This document shows positions 20,709 to 30,081 of a stretch of DNA of 64,000 nt, one piece after another. Each line of letters starts with the position of its first letter. Position 1 is the stretch's first letter. A program made the position numbers and the translations under genes. The notes beneath the pieces were generated by a model that was not told where the DNA came from, searched no databases, and saw nothing but the letters and a program-made list of their open reading frames with translations. Origin of the DNA: an uncultured Polaromonas sp. (GTDB taxonomy: Bacteria > Pseudomonadota > Gammaproteobacteria > Burkholderiales > Burkholderiaceae_C); the NCBI GenBank assembly GCA_964413475.1, contig CAYPSU010000002.1:8562-72561 (forward strand). The letters run 5' to 3'.

Positions 20709-21545
20709 ATGCCCAAGCTTTTAAGTCAGGCGCAGGTTCAGGCCTATGAGCGCGATGGCTTTGTGTTTCCGGTGGATGTGCTCGAGGCGCACGAGGTCCA
20801 AGCCTGCCGCAGTGAGCTGCAGGCCTGGGAGGCTGAGCGCGGTGCACCCATCGATTTTCCCGAAAAGTCCAAAAGCTATCTCTTGTTTGGCTGGGCCGAT
20901 CGGCTGGTGCATCACCCGCGCATTCTCGATGCGGTGGAAGACATCATCGGTCCGGACATTCTGGTTTACCACTCGACCCTGTTCGTCAAGGAAGCGCGCA
21001 CCCCGGCCTTCGTGCGCTGGCACCAAGACAGCACCTACTTTTACCTGCAGCCGCATCTGCACATCACCGCCTGGGTGGCGCTGTCCGACGCCAGTGTGGC
21101 CGCCGGCTGCATGCAGGCCCTGCCGGGCAGTCACCGCTGGGGCGCTTTTGAACACGATGACAAGCCCGAGCCGATGAACATGATTCGGCGTGGTCAGGGT
21201 ATCAGTGGCCGCTTCGATGACGCGCAGGGCCTGCACATGCCGGTCGCAGCCGGCCAGATGTCGCTGCATCACACCGATCTGGTGCACGCCTCGGCGGGCA
21301 ACAACACCGACGATCGGCGTCTGGGCTTTGCCATCAGCTACATCCCCGCACGGGTCAAGCCGGTGGGTGCGGTGCGGCCCTCGGCCTTGCGCGTGCGCGG
21401 ACGCAGCCACGGTCACTTTGTGGAAGAAGAGCGGCTGCAAGTGCCCTGCTCCGAGCAGGCCAGAGCCAGCCACAGCCGGGCCCTGGCCCTGTTTCGCAGC
21501 CTGCAGGACGCTGGCTTCAGCGCGCCTGCGCAGGTGGCCGTATGA
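20709..21545 (+). CDS. Phytanoyl-CoA dioxygenase (PhyH) family Fe(II)/2-oxoglutarate oxygenase
   Basis: YERDGFV, WHQDSTY (HxD), TAWVAL..GCM..LPGSH, LVHAS..N..DDRR. Confidence 0.88.
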   Translation: MPKLLSQAQVQAYERDGFVFPVDVLEAHEVQACRSELQAWEAERGAPIDFPEKSKSYLLFGWADRLVHHPRILDAVEDIIGPDILVYHSTLFVKEARTPAFVRWHQDSTYFYLQPHLHITAWVALSDASVAAGCMQALPGSHRWGAFEHDDKPEPMNMIRRGQGISGRFDDAQGLHMPVAAGQMSLHHTDLVHASAGNNTDDRRLGFAISYIPARVKPVGAVRPSALRVRGRSHGHFVEEERLQVPCSEQARASHSRALALFRSLQDAGFSAPAQVAV

Positions 21546-21943
21546 GCCTCGCCCCAGTGCTGCTTGGCGGTCCCGAGTTGCGGGCTCTGGTGGAGCGTTA
21601 CTTTGCCGCGGTTGACCAGATGAATCTGGAGGCCACCCTGGCCTGTTTTGTGCCTGATGCCCGGTTTGTCATCGCCAACCACAGCCTTGAATATTTGGGC
21701 CGTGATACCGGGCTGCGCGGTATGTTCGAGCGTCTGAACAACCGCTATGCCAGCGTCTGGCATGGCGAGTTTGATCATGTCATCGACGCGCCAGCGCAGC
21801 GGGTGGCCAGCCGCTTCCGCGTCGAAAACATCACCCATGCTGGCGAGAAATTGCACAAGAACAACTGCAATTTTTTCACCCTGCGTGACGGGCTTTTCGC
21901 GCAGGTTTATGTCTACATGAGTGGTGACAATTCGCTGCGCTAG
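21542..21943 (+). CDS. SnoaL/NTF2-like protein
   Basis: VERYFAAVD, NCNFF, VYVYM; 133 aa; ATGA overlap with the dioxygenase. Confidence 0.75.
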   Translation: MSLAPVLLGGPELRALVERYFAAVDQMNLEATLACFVPDARFVIANHSLEYLGRDTGLRGMFERLNNRYASVWHGEFDHVIDAPAQRVASRFRVENITHAGEKLHKNNCNFFTLRDGLFAQVYVYMSGDNSLR

Positions 21944-21960
21944 GCGCAGCCCGCGGAGTT

Positions 21961-23313
21961 TCAGACGGCCGCCGGTGCGCGCCCGAGCAGGGCCAGCCAG
22001 CGGCGCAGCGGGACCTCCAGGCGCGCAAGCCCCAGCGTGGCTTGGAGCAGTTCCTGGCCTTGGGCTGCGGGCCAGATGCGGCCCGTCAGGCTCATGAATT
22101 TGCCACGTAGTTCCTCGCGGGTGTAGGGCGCGGCGTCGTCACCACGGTTGACGCCGGCCTGCCCGACAAGCGTGCGCCCGTCCTTGAGCGCAAGGCTGAT
22201 CCGGGCAGGCCGCTCCATTGGCAGTCGCTCGCTCATGGCTTTGTTGTGAACGATGCTGACCTTGCCTGCGAGTTCCAGCACCTTTGGGTTTCGCACTTGT
22301 TCCCAGGTAAAGCTCTCCAGCGCGCTTGAACCATTGACGATACGGGTGGCCACGGCAAAGGGCACCGAAAACTTGGCGGCCAAAGTGTTCGCCGGCGCCG
22401 GATCGTTCAGTTCGGCGGCCAGGTGGTAGGTCTGCACTTCGATCCGTTCGATCTGCTCAGGGCTGGGCAAGCCATCGCGTGAGGCCAATTCATCGAGTGC
22501 ATCGAGCGTGCCGTGGTTATAGCGGCAGCAGGAATGCAGCTTGAAATAGTTGCGCATCAGATGCCAGTCGGTGCCAAGGTTGCGGACCACCTCATCGGGC
22601 TTGAACTGATCGGAGATGATCTGGCCCAGCAGTGAGGCCGGGCCGTCTCGCTCGCCGGTGAAACCGCATTCGACCAGATCGATCGCCAGCAGGCCATTTC
22701 GGTTGCTCAGGCCCGCATAGGTGTTGCGAACCAGGCCGCCTTCGAGCATGGTCCGCTTGGAGGTGGCGGTGCTCAGCGATGAGGCCACATTGAGGGCCTC
22801 GCGCATGGCCGTTGTACTGAAATGCGCGATTCGGGCGCAGGCCGCTGCCGCCCCCAGAGTGCCCCAGGTGCCGTGCGGATGCATGGCACCTCGCAGTTGC
22901 GAGGCAGCGCCGAGCCGGGAGCCCACCTCGTAGCCGGCGACGATGCCGGCCAGCAGGTCCTCGGCACTGGCCTCACGCTCTTCCGCCAGCGCGGTCGCCG
23001 CTGCGATGACGTGCACGGCCGGATGGCCGCGTGAGAAGCGGTTGCCCTCATCCATTTCGAGAAAGGTCCCGGCGGTACCGTTGATGAAGGCTGCGGACTC
23101 GCAGGTGCCGCGCCGCCCCAGTCCGATCAGCGTGGCCGATTCGCTGCGGCTTTGACGCGCGGCCAGGGCTTTGAGCTCAGGTTCTGCCGAGCCTGCGGCG
23201 GTGGCGGCTACCGTATCGGCCAGAATCCAGCCCACCTGTTCTTGGACAGGGCTTGGCATTTGGCGGTAGTCCAGCTCGGCTGCGAATTGACTCAGGCGGT
23301 CCAGATAGTGCAT
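21961..23313 (-). CDS. MmgE/PrpD family protein
   Basis: AAFINGTAG..LEMDEG, GHPAVH, GYEV, HPHGTWG, YFKLHSCCRYNH, AKFSVPF; AAGGA RBS before ATG 23313. Confidence 0.9.
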   Translation of the reverse strand: MHYLDRLSQFAAELDYRQMPSPVQEQVGWILADTVAATAAGSAEPELKALAARQSRSESATLIGLGRRGTCESAAFINGTAGTFLEMDEGNRFSRGHPAVHVIAAATALAEEREASAEDLLAGIVAGYEVGSRLGAASQLRGAMHPHGTWGTLGAAAACARIAHFSTTAMREALNVASSLSTATSKRTMLEGGLVRNTYAGLSNRNGLLAIDLVECGFTGERDGPASLLGQIISDQFKPDEVVRNLGTDWHLMRNYFKLHSCCRYNHGTLDALDELASRDGLPSPEQIERIEVQTYHLAAELNDPAPANTLAAKFSVPFAVATRIVNGSSALESFTWEQVRNPKVLELAGKVSIVHNKAMSERLPMERPARISLALKDGRTLVGQAGVNRGDDAAPYTREELRGKFMSLTGRIWPAAQGQELLQATLGLARLEVPLRRWLALLGRAPAAV

Positions 23314-23332
23314 GGGGGTCCTTGTTGGATGT

Positions 23333-24220
23333 TCAGCCATTGGCGACGCACTGGGCATACAGGCGGTCGGCGGTGGTGAGGCGCAAGTCCATTTGCCGCA
23401 ACTGGCGCAGCAGTTGTCGCAGGTGCTCTATGCGACTGGGCATGCCCCAAACCCAGGGGTGCAAACCCAAGCCCATGACCGCGCAGCGTTGCTGCTGTCG
23501 GCATTCATCGATCATCTGGTGCGCGGCCTGCAGGATGTGCAGGGCGTGCTGCCGTGGCTCAAGGGGGCGTAGCCATTGGGCTTGCACATCGTCCCATTCG
23601 CTGGACAAGGGCAGGGCCAGCAGCGACCGGGCAGACCGACCGGCTGGCGTCATCCAGTAGGGCTGGTCGTCATTGCCCCAGTCCAGGGTGTAGCCCAGGC
23701 CGGCTTCGGCCAGTAAGGCGTAGGTGTGGGGGCTGGTGCCCCAATCTTGGCTGATCCAGCCCTTGGGTCGATGTCCGCCGTACTGCTCGATGCAAGCCAC
23801 TGAGGTTTCGATGTGGTGACGCTGTTCGTCCAGCGGCATATCCGCGTGCATGATTTGCGTGGCCGCCCGACCATGGCCCAACCATTGGGCCCCCGCCTCT
23901 TGCAGGCGCCGAACCACGGTTGGGATGCGCGGCAGAACCAGGCTGTTGGCCGCCACGGATGGGGTGATGCCGGCTTGCTCAAGGGCATCGAGCACCCGGA
24001 AGACGCCGATCCGCAAGCCGTACTCTCGCTGAGACCAACTGCGGTAGTCGGGATTGAAGCTGCCGAACTCCCCGACGAAGCGCGGATCACGCAGGCTGCC
24101 TGGCGGAGACTCGAAATCCCAGTGCTCCAAATACAGCACCGCAAAGAGATGCAGCCCTGCCGGCAAGATCCCCGGTGACCTCAGGGGTAGGGCGCTGTAA
24201 GCGTAGTGGGCATGGTCCAT
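23333..24220 (-). CDS. Polysaccharide-deacetylase (NodB/PuuE-like) protein 4, divergent
   Basis: LEHW, EYGLRIGVFR, LGHG, GWISQ, NDDQPY, LHPWVWGMP. Confidence 0.8.
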   Translation of the reverse strand: MDHAHYAYSALPLRSPGILPAGLHLFAVLYLEHWDFESPPGSLRDPRFVGEFGSFNPDYRSWSQREYGLRIGVFRVLDALEQAGITPSVAANSLVLPRIPTVVRRLQEAGAQWLGHGRAATQIMHADMPLDEQRHHIETSVACIEQYGGHRPKGWISQDWGTSPHTYALLAEAGLGYTLDWGNDDQPYWMTPAGRSARSLLALPLSSEWDDVQAQWLRPLEPRQHALHILQAAHQMIDECRQQQRCAVMGLGLHPWVWGMPSRIEHLRQLLRQLRQMDLRLTTADRLYAQCVANG

Positions 24221-24325
24221 GGCTGGCCTTCATGATAGGCGCTGGGTCAGGCCTGCAGGCCTGTGAATAACCCTTCGGGGATAGGCCGCTTGACTTGCAG
24301 GCTTCTTGCCTGCACAGTATGCCCT

Positions 24326-24347
24326 ATTGTCCTATCAATAGGACAAT
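24326..24347. promoter_or_regulatory. Perfect palindrome ATTGTCCTAT-ca-ATAGGACAAT, putative GntR operator
   Basis: 10-bp arms in the divergent intergenic region, 40 bp upstream of the solute-binding protein gene; second copy at 15025-15048. Confidence 0.72.
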
Positions 24348-24386
24348 GAAGTTCACCCTCCCTTTCCCTTTCATCGAGGATTTCCC

Positions 24387-25604
24387 ATGACGTCTCAAGC
24401 TCGCGTGTCCCGTCGTTTGGTCCTGCAGGCCGGTGCGGCCGCCTCTGCGCTCGGCGCCCCTGGCCTTCTGTTGGCTCAGCCCCGTTCGATCAAGATCGGA
24501 CTGGTGCACCCGGTCAGTGGTGGCCTGGCCTACAGCGGCGGTCAAGGACGTCTGGGCTGCCAGCTGGCGATAGACGAAATCAACGCGGCCGGTGGCATCA
24601 AGTCCATGGGCGGTGCCCGTCTGGAGGCGGCACTGGGTGACTCGCAGTCGCGTCCCGAAGTGGGCGTCTCCGAGGTCGAGCGTCTGCACCAGGAGGGCGT
24701 GGCTGCCTATGTGGGCTGCTTCTCCAGCGCCATCGCGCTGCCGGCCACTCAGGCGGCGGCCAAATACAACACCCCGTTCATGATTGACGTGGGGGTCTCT
24801 GACAACATCGTCAACCGCGGCCTGAAGAACGTCTTCCGTCTGGCGCCGGGCTTTGGCAAGTGCGTCGATGACGCCATCGAGGGCCTCGGTCAAGTCAACA
24901 AGGCTGCCGGCGGCGTGGCCAAGAAGGCGGTTCTGGTTCATGAAGAATCTGAATTCGGTACCGGTACCGCCAAGTTGCTGGCCGGCAAGCTCCCGGGCAT
25001 CGGTATTGAGGTGGCTGAGGTGATCAAGCATGCCAACCCAACCCGTGATTTTTCAAACGTGGCCCTGCGTATCCGCAGCCTGCGCCCCGACCTGGTGATC
25101 ATGAGCAACTATCAAAACGAGTATGTGTTGCTGGCCCGTACCCTGCATCAGCAGAAGGTCGATCTGGCAGCCATGTTCAGCGTGCTCGGCGGCGGTTTCA
25201 ACTACAAACTGGTGCAGGAGCAGCCCGAGGTGGCCCAGCACATGATGGACTTCAACCATTGGTTCAATCCGCGCAACCCCAGGGCTGCCGATCTGCGCAA
25301 GCGTGCGGCCGATCGCGGTGCCTTGTTCACCTTCGAGGTCTACTGTGGTTACAACTCAGTCAAATGCTACGCCGATGCTTTGCAGCGTGCCGGCACCGCC
25401 GACAAAGAGAAGGTGATCGCTGCTCTGGAGGCGAGCACCTGGGCCGATCACTTCATGCCCTACGGTGCGACCAAGTTCGTCAACGGCCAAAACCAGGGTG
25501 GCAAGGCGGTGTTGCTGCAAGCCACGCGCACCGACATCGATGTGGTCTGGCCCAACGAATTTGCGGCAGCCAAGCCCATCTTCCCCAAGCCCAAGTTCAG
25601 CTGA
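24387..25604 (+). CDS. ABC transporter substrate-binding protein (LivJ/K-type, Tat-like signal)
   Basis: SRRLVLQAG twin-arginine leader, IKIGLVHPVSG, AIDEINAAGGI; GAGGA RBS. Confidence 0.9.
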   Translation: MTSQARVSRRLVLQAGAAASALGAPGLLLAQPRSIKIGLVHPVSGGLAYSGGQGRLGCQLAIDEINAAGGIKSMGGARLEAALGDSQSRPEVGVSEVERLHQEGVAAYVGCFSSAIALPATQAAAKYNTPFMIDVGVSDNIVNRGLKNVFRLAPGFGKCVDDAIEGLGQVNKAAGGVAKKAVLVHEESEFGTGTAKLLAGKLPGIGIEVAEVIKHANPTRDFSNVALRIRSLRPDLVIMSNYQNEYVLLARTLHQQKVDLAAMFSVLGGGFNYKLVQEQPEVAQHMMDFNHWFNPRNPRAADLRKRAADRGALFTFEVYCGYNSVKCYADALQRAGTADKEKVIAALEASTWADHFMPYGATKFVNGQNQGGKAVLLQATRTDIDVVWPNEFAAAKPIFPKPKFS

Positions 25605-25627
25605 TTTCACCCATCGGGCGAGAAGGC

Positions 25628-25653
25628 GGCCGCAAGCCCATGGGCTTGCGGCC
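25628..25653. repeat. Perfect 26-bp palindrome GGCCGCAAGCCCATGGGCTTGCGGCC (intergenic hairpin)
   Basis: Self-complementary, between the binding protein and permease genes, no U-tract. Confidence 0.75.
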
Positions 25654-25722
25654 TGACAGGCTCTTGGCTCCTTTGCAGCCAAGTTCCGGCAGCGCCTTTG
25701 AGTGCCCAGATCAGGAAGATTC

Positions 25723-26592
25723 GTGGATCCCTACATTCTGCTGGCGGCGACCATCAATGGCCTGCTGATGGGCGGCATCTACACCTTGGTGGCGTCGGGC
25801 CTGACGCTGATCTATGGTGTGCTGCACATCATCAATTTTGCGCATGGCAGCATGCTGATGCTGGCCATGTTTGGCGTCTATTTCTTGCTGACCAAGGCCG
25901 GAGTCGATCCCTATCTGGCTTTGCTCGTCATGGTGCCAGGCATGTACGGCCTGGGCTACCTGCTGTACCGTCACATGATAGGCAAGCTCTCACTGGGTCG
26001 CGATGAGAATATCTTGTTGATCACTTTGGGCCTGTCCATCCTGATCGAGAACCTTGCCCTGATGTTCTTCAAGGGCGATTCGCGGACGATCTCGCTGGCC
26101 TACAGCGACAAGATGATTGAACTGGGCCCGCTGCTGCTGGGTGTGCCCAAGGTGGTCTCTTTTGTGGCGGCCATGGTCTTGTGCGGCTTGCTGGGTCTGT
26201 TCATCACTCGCACCGACACCGGCAAGGCGATTCGCGCTGTGGCCAAGGAGCGCATGGGTGCCCGGCTGGTGGGCATCGATGTGGACCGCATTTTTGCCGT
26301 GTCCTTTGGCATCGGCCTGGCCACGCTGGGTGCGGCCGCTTGCCTGCTGATGCCGATTTTCTATGTCTCGCCATCCAGCGGCCATGTATTCGTGATCGTG
26401 GCCTTCACCGTGGTGGTGCTCGGTGGCATGGGCAGTTTCCTGGGAGCGGTGATTGGCGGCCTGATCGTCGGCTTGACCGAGTCCTTCGGCGGTCTGTTTC
26501 TCGGAGAGAGCCTGGGGCAAATCGGCATTTCGCTGATCTTCATTCTGATCCTGCTCTTTCGTCCGTCGGGACTGTTCGGAGACAAGCGATGA
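25723..26592 (+). CDS. Branched-chain amino acid-type ABC permease (LivH-like)
   Basis: GLTLIYGVLHIINFAHG, GKAIRAV, VVVLGGMGS, LFRPSGLFG; GTG start after AGGA. Confidence 0.92.
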   Translation: MDPYILLAATINGLLMGGIYTLVASGLTLIYGVLHIINFAHGSMLMLAMFGVYFLLTKAGVDPYLALLVMVPGMYGLGYLLYRHMIGKLSLGRDENILLITLGLSILIENLALMFFKGDSRTISLAYSDKMIELGPLLLGVPKVVSFVAAMVLCGLLGLFITRTDTGKAIRAVAKERMGARLVGIDVDRIFAVSFGIGLATLGAAACLLMPIFYVSPSSGHVFVIVAFTVVVLGGMGSFLGAVIGGLIVGLTESFGGLFLGESLGQIGISLIFILILLFRPSGLFGDKR

Positions 26593-27551
26593 CGCCGGCT
26601 CGTTCTTCATGGGCATTGCATGGTTTTATCCTGCTGCTGGCCTTGGTGTTCCCGCTGGTCTTCAGTTCGCCTTTCATGGTCAATTTTGCGGTGCTGGCCC
26701 TGTTCTACGCCTTTATCGGACAGTCGTGGAATATTGCCGGTGGATTCGCTGGCCAATTGTCTTTTGGTCATGTGGCCTTCTTTGGCGTAGGCGCCTATGC
26801 CTCAACCATTGTGCAGATGCGCTTTGGTTGGAATCCCTGGATGGGTTTGCCGGTCTCTGCGCTGGCGGGTGCGGCCGCTGGCTGGTTGATTGCCGTGCTG
26901 TCGTTTCGCGCGGGCTTGAAAGGTTCTTACTTTGCTCTGATTACCCTGGCTTTTGCCGAAGTTTTTCGCATCATCGCCAATTCGGTGGAAATCACCGGCG
27001 GCGGCCTAGGCATGCTCATTCCGATGAAGCAGACAGCCGCCAATTTCCAGTTTGGTGATCGGCGCGTTTTCTACTACATCATTCTGGCCTTGACGGTGAT
27101 TTCGGTTGCGCTGGCGCTTTGGCTGAAGGCATCACGCTTTGGCGCGCGATTGGCGGCCATTCGCGAGAACGAGGATTCGGCGCGTGCACTGGGCATCAAC
27201 ACCTTTGCCGAGAAGACCAAGATCATGATGATCTCGGGGGCCATTGCGGGCGTGGGAGGCTGCTTCTTTGCGCAGTATTTCCTCTATATCGACCCCATGA
27301 TCGCCTTTGGCGTGGACAAGTCGGTCGAGATGTTGCTGGTCAGTATGATCGGCGGCGCGGGTACGGTATACGGACCGCTGATCGGTGCTGTTTTGTTGGC
27401 TGCGGTCAGTGAAGTTACGCGGGCCTGGTTCACGCTACAGGGTCTGTCGCTGGTTCTCTACGGTGCCTTGCTGGTGGTCATCATTGCCTACCTGCCCAAT
27501 GGTTTGATTGACTTGTTCAAGCGGCGCTCCGGCCGATCGGGAGGCGCGTGA
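26589..27551 (+). CDS. Branched-chain amino acid-type ABC permease (LivM-like)
   Basis: GQLSFGHVAFFGVGAY, YFALITLAFAE, AIRENE, IGGAGT.YGP. Confidence 0.92.
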   Translation: MTPARSSWALHGFILLLALVFPLVFSSPFMVNFAVLALFYAFIGQSWNIAGGFAGQLSFGHVAFFGVGAYASTIVQMRFGWNPWMGLPVSALAGAAAGWLIAVLSFRAGLKGSYFALITLAFAEVFRIIANSVEITGGGLGMLIPMKQTAANFQFGDRRVFYYIILALTVISVALALWLKASRFGARLAAIRENEDSARALGINTFAEKTKIMMISGAIAGVGGCFFAQYFLYIDPMIAFGVDKSVEMLLVSMIGGAGTVYGPLIGAVLLAAVSEVTRAWFTLQGLSLVLYGALLVVIIAYLPNGLIDLFKRRSGRSGGA

Positions 27552-28309
27552 TGCTCAGGGTTTCAAACCTCACCAAGATCTTTGGTGGCCTGCGTGCCGT
27601 GGACAACGCCTCTTTGCAGGTGGATCAGGGGCGCATTGTTGCCCTGATCGGGCCCAACGGGGCTGGCAAGACCACCTTGTTTGCCTGCATTGCAGGCTTC
27701 TTGCCGATCAACCAGGGTCGGGTGGAATTTCTGGGGCAGGACATCACGGGTCTACAGGTGCATGACATCTCGCGCCGCGGCATGGTGCGCACGTTTCAGA
27801 TCACCCAACCTTTTGCCAAGCTCACTGTGCTTGAAAACATCGCGGTGGGATCGCACCAGCTGCACGCCCGGCGTGCCGATGCGCTGGCGCATGCGCGCAC
27901 GGTAGCTGAGCGGGTGGGAATGCCGGCCTCCATGCTCGACCAGCCCGCCGCCGAACTGACGGTGGCTGGTCGCAAGCGCCTGGAGTTGGCGCGCACGCTG
28001 GCCACCGAGCCCAAGCTGCTGCTGCTCGATGAAGTCATGGCTGGACTCAACCCACAGGAAATCCTCGAGATCATTGCCATCATCCGTCAGATTCGAGACG
28101 CCGGTGTCACCATCCTGCTGATCGAGCATGTCATGCATGCCGTGATGAGCCTGTCGGAACATATTTACGTGTTGTCCTACGGGAAAATCATTGCTGAGGG
28201 AGCGCCCCGCGATATTGTCAGCAACCGCGATGTGGTGGAGGCCTATCTGGGCCGGGGCGCGGCCGATCAGATGGCCGACGTGGTGGCGGCGGGAGGTACG
28301 CATGCTTGA
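27548..28309 (+). CDS. ABC ATP-binding protein (LivG-like)
   Basis: GPNGAGKT, RTFQ, LLLDE, IEH. Confidence 0.93.
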   Translation: MMLRVSNLTKIFGGLRAVDNASLQVDQGRIVALIGPNGAGKTTLFACIAGFLPINQGRVEFLGQDITGLQVHDISRRGMVRTFQITQPFAKLTVLENIAVGSHQLHARRADALAHARTVAERVGMPASMLDQPAAELTVAGRKRLELARTLATEPKLLLLDEVMAGLNPQEILEIIAIIRQIRDAGVTILLIEHVMHAVMSLSEHIYVLSYGKIIAEGAPRDIVSNRDVVEAYLGRGAADQMADVVAAGGTHA

Positions 28310-29003
28310 GATTCGTCAGCTGCGCGCCGGTTACGGTAGTGTCGAAATCCTTCGCGGCATCGACCTGGATGTGGCCGCCGGCGAGATTGTGGCGGTGCTG
28401 GGCAGCAATGGAGTGGGCAAGTCCACGCTGAACAACAACATCTCGGCCTTGTACACGCCCTTCGGCGGCTCGATTCGTTTCCAAGGCGAGGAGATCTCCG
28501 GGCTTTCTTCCAGCGAAGTGGTCAAGCGCGGCTTGATCCATGTGCCCGAGGGCAGGCGCATTTTCCCCAACCTCAGCGTGCGCGAGAACCTGGAGTTGGG
28601 CAGCTTGGTGCGCGGTCGTGAACGGCGGGCGCAAAACATCGAGAAGGTGGTCGACATTTTTCCGCGTCTGCGCGAGCGTTTCGGCCAGTTGGCCGGCACG
28701 CTCTCCGGCGGTGAGCAGCAGATGCTGGCAATTGGCCGGGGGCTGATGTCCGAGCCCACCCTGCTCATCATGGATGAACCCTCATTGGGTTTGTCGCCTT
28801 TGCTGGTTGAACAGATGTTCGAGTTGATCCAGCGCATCAATCGCGACGGTCTGCCGGTTCTTCTGATGGAACAGAATGCTGTACAGACGCTTGCGATTGC
28901 GCATCGGGCCTACATCATTGAAAACGGTGTGATTGCCATGCAGGGTTTATCGGAAGATTTGGCCCGAGATCCTCAATTGCGCAAGAACTACTTGGGGCTT
29001 TGA
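28302..29003 (+). CDS. ABC ATP-binding protein (LivF-like)
   Basis: GSNGVGKS, VPEGRRIF, LSGGEQQML, MDEPSLGL. Confidence 0.93.
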   Translation: MLEIRQLRAGYGSVEILRGIDLDVAAGEIVAVLGSNGVGKSTLNNNISALYTPFGGSIRFQGEEISGLSSSEVVKRGLIHVPEGRRIFPNLSVRENLELGSLVRGRERRAQNIEKVVDIFPRLRERFGQLAGTLSGGEQQMLAIGRGLMSEPTLLIMDEPSLGLSPLLVEQMFELIQRINRDGLPVLLMEQNAVQTLAIAHRAYIIENGVIAMQGLSEDLARDPQLRKNYLGL

Positions 29004-29006
29004 GTC

Positions 29007-29765
29007 ATGAAGCCTGGCTTGCCCGAATTGGCCGGAAGACGCGCACTGGTCACGGGCGCGGGTTCGGGTATTGGCCTGGCCACCGCTTGTGCGCTTGCTC
29101 GACATGGCGCTCGTGTCGCCGGGGTGGTGCAGTCGCAGGCCCAGCGTCAGACCCTGCTGGAGGCCTTGCCCTCGGCCATGGTTTTTGTGCAGGACTTGCT
29201 GGACGATGGGGCCTGCGCCGAACTGCCGGCCCTGGCCAGGGCCGAATTGGGCGGGCTTGATGCGCTGGCTTGCTGCGCGGGCATCTTCTTCAAGAAGTCC
29301 TCGGACGAAACCCGCCTGGACGAATGGCGGCAGACGCTGGCCCTTAACCTCGATTCGACCTTCATCCTTGCGCGTGCTGCCATTGCCTGCATGCGCACCC
29401 AGGCCTTGCCGGATGCCAGCGTCGTTGTAATCAGCAGTCAGATCGGCCTGGTGGGACATGCACGGGGTGCGGCCTATGCCGCTTCCAAGGCAGGACTCAA
29501 TGGCATGGTGCGTTCCCTGGCGCTGGAGTGGGCGGCGGAGGGAGTGCGCATCAATGCGCTCGGCCCCGGTCCGGTGGCCACGCCGATGGTGGCGCCGGTT
29601 CTGGCCGATCCCGCGGCGCTGGCCGCGATGGAGGCCACGATACCCATGGCCCGGCTCGGTCAGCCCGATGAAATCGGCGAGGTGGTGAGCTTTCTGTTGT
29701 CGTCTCGTGCCTCCTTCATCACTGGGCAGGTCTTGTGTGTCGATGGTGGCTTTACAGCGCGATGA
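29007..29765 (+). CDS. SDR family oxidoreductase
   Basis: [30 protein letters not shown]. Confidence 0.9.
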   Translation: MKPGLPELAGRRALVTGAGSGIGLATACALARHGARVAGVVQSQAQRQTLLEALPSAMVFVQDLLDDGACAELPALARAELGGLDALACCAGIFFKKSSDETRLDEWRQTLALNLDSTFILARAAIACMRTQALPDASVVVISSQIGLVGHARGAAYAASKAGLNGMVRSLALEWAAEGVRINALGPGPVATPMVAPVLADPAALAAMEATIPMARLGQPDEIGEVVSFLLSSRASFITGQVLCVDGGFTAR

Positions 29766-29769
29766 CCGT

Positions 29770-30081
29770 ATGAGCAGCTTGCCCCTGTCCCAGTTGGCGC
29801 GTGTGATTCGCAGCAAAAATGCGGGTCCGCTTTGCCTGACCGTGGATCTGTTCTTTGCGGACCGGCCCTCTTTTGAGCGTGCCCGTGACAGTCAAGCCTT
29901 GGCGCAGTCCTCGGTCGCTGCCCTCTACGACGTGGATCCCGCGCAGATTCTTCGCTTTGATCTGGAAGACCTGCTGGCCATCAAGCTGTCGCTGCCCAGG
30001 CGCCTGTGTGCGGGTGACCCTGGCGACGGCGATGTTTATGGTGCTCAGCAGCACGGGCCTCTGCTGGAGTTGCGGGTATGA
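29770..30081 (+). CDS. DUF4387 family small protein
   Basis: LARVIRSKNAGP..LTVD, GD.DVYGAQQHGPL. Confidence 0.8.
   Translation: MSSLPLSQLARVIRSKNAGPLCLTVDLFFADRPSFERARDSQALAQSSVAALYDVDPAQILRFDLEDLLAIKLSLPRRLCAGDPGDGDVYGAQQHGPLLELRV

Noticed and set aside
20709-21545. Non-heme iron halogenase
   Set aside because: The HxD aspartate is retained (HQD); halogenases have Ala/Gly at that position
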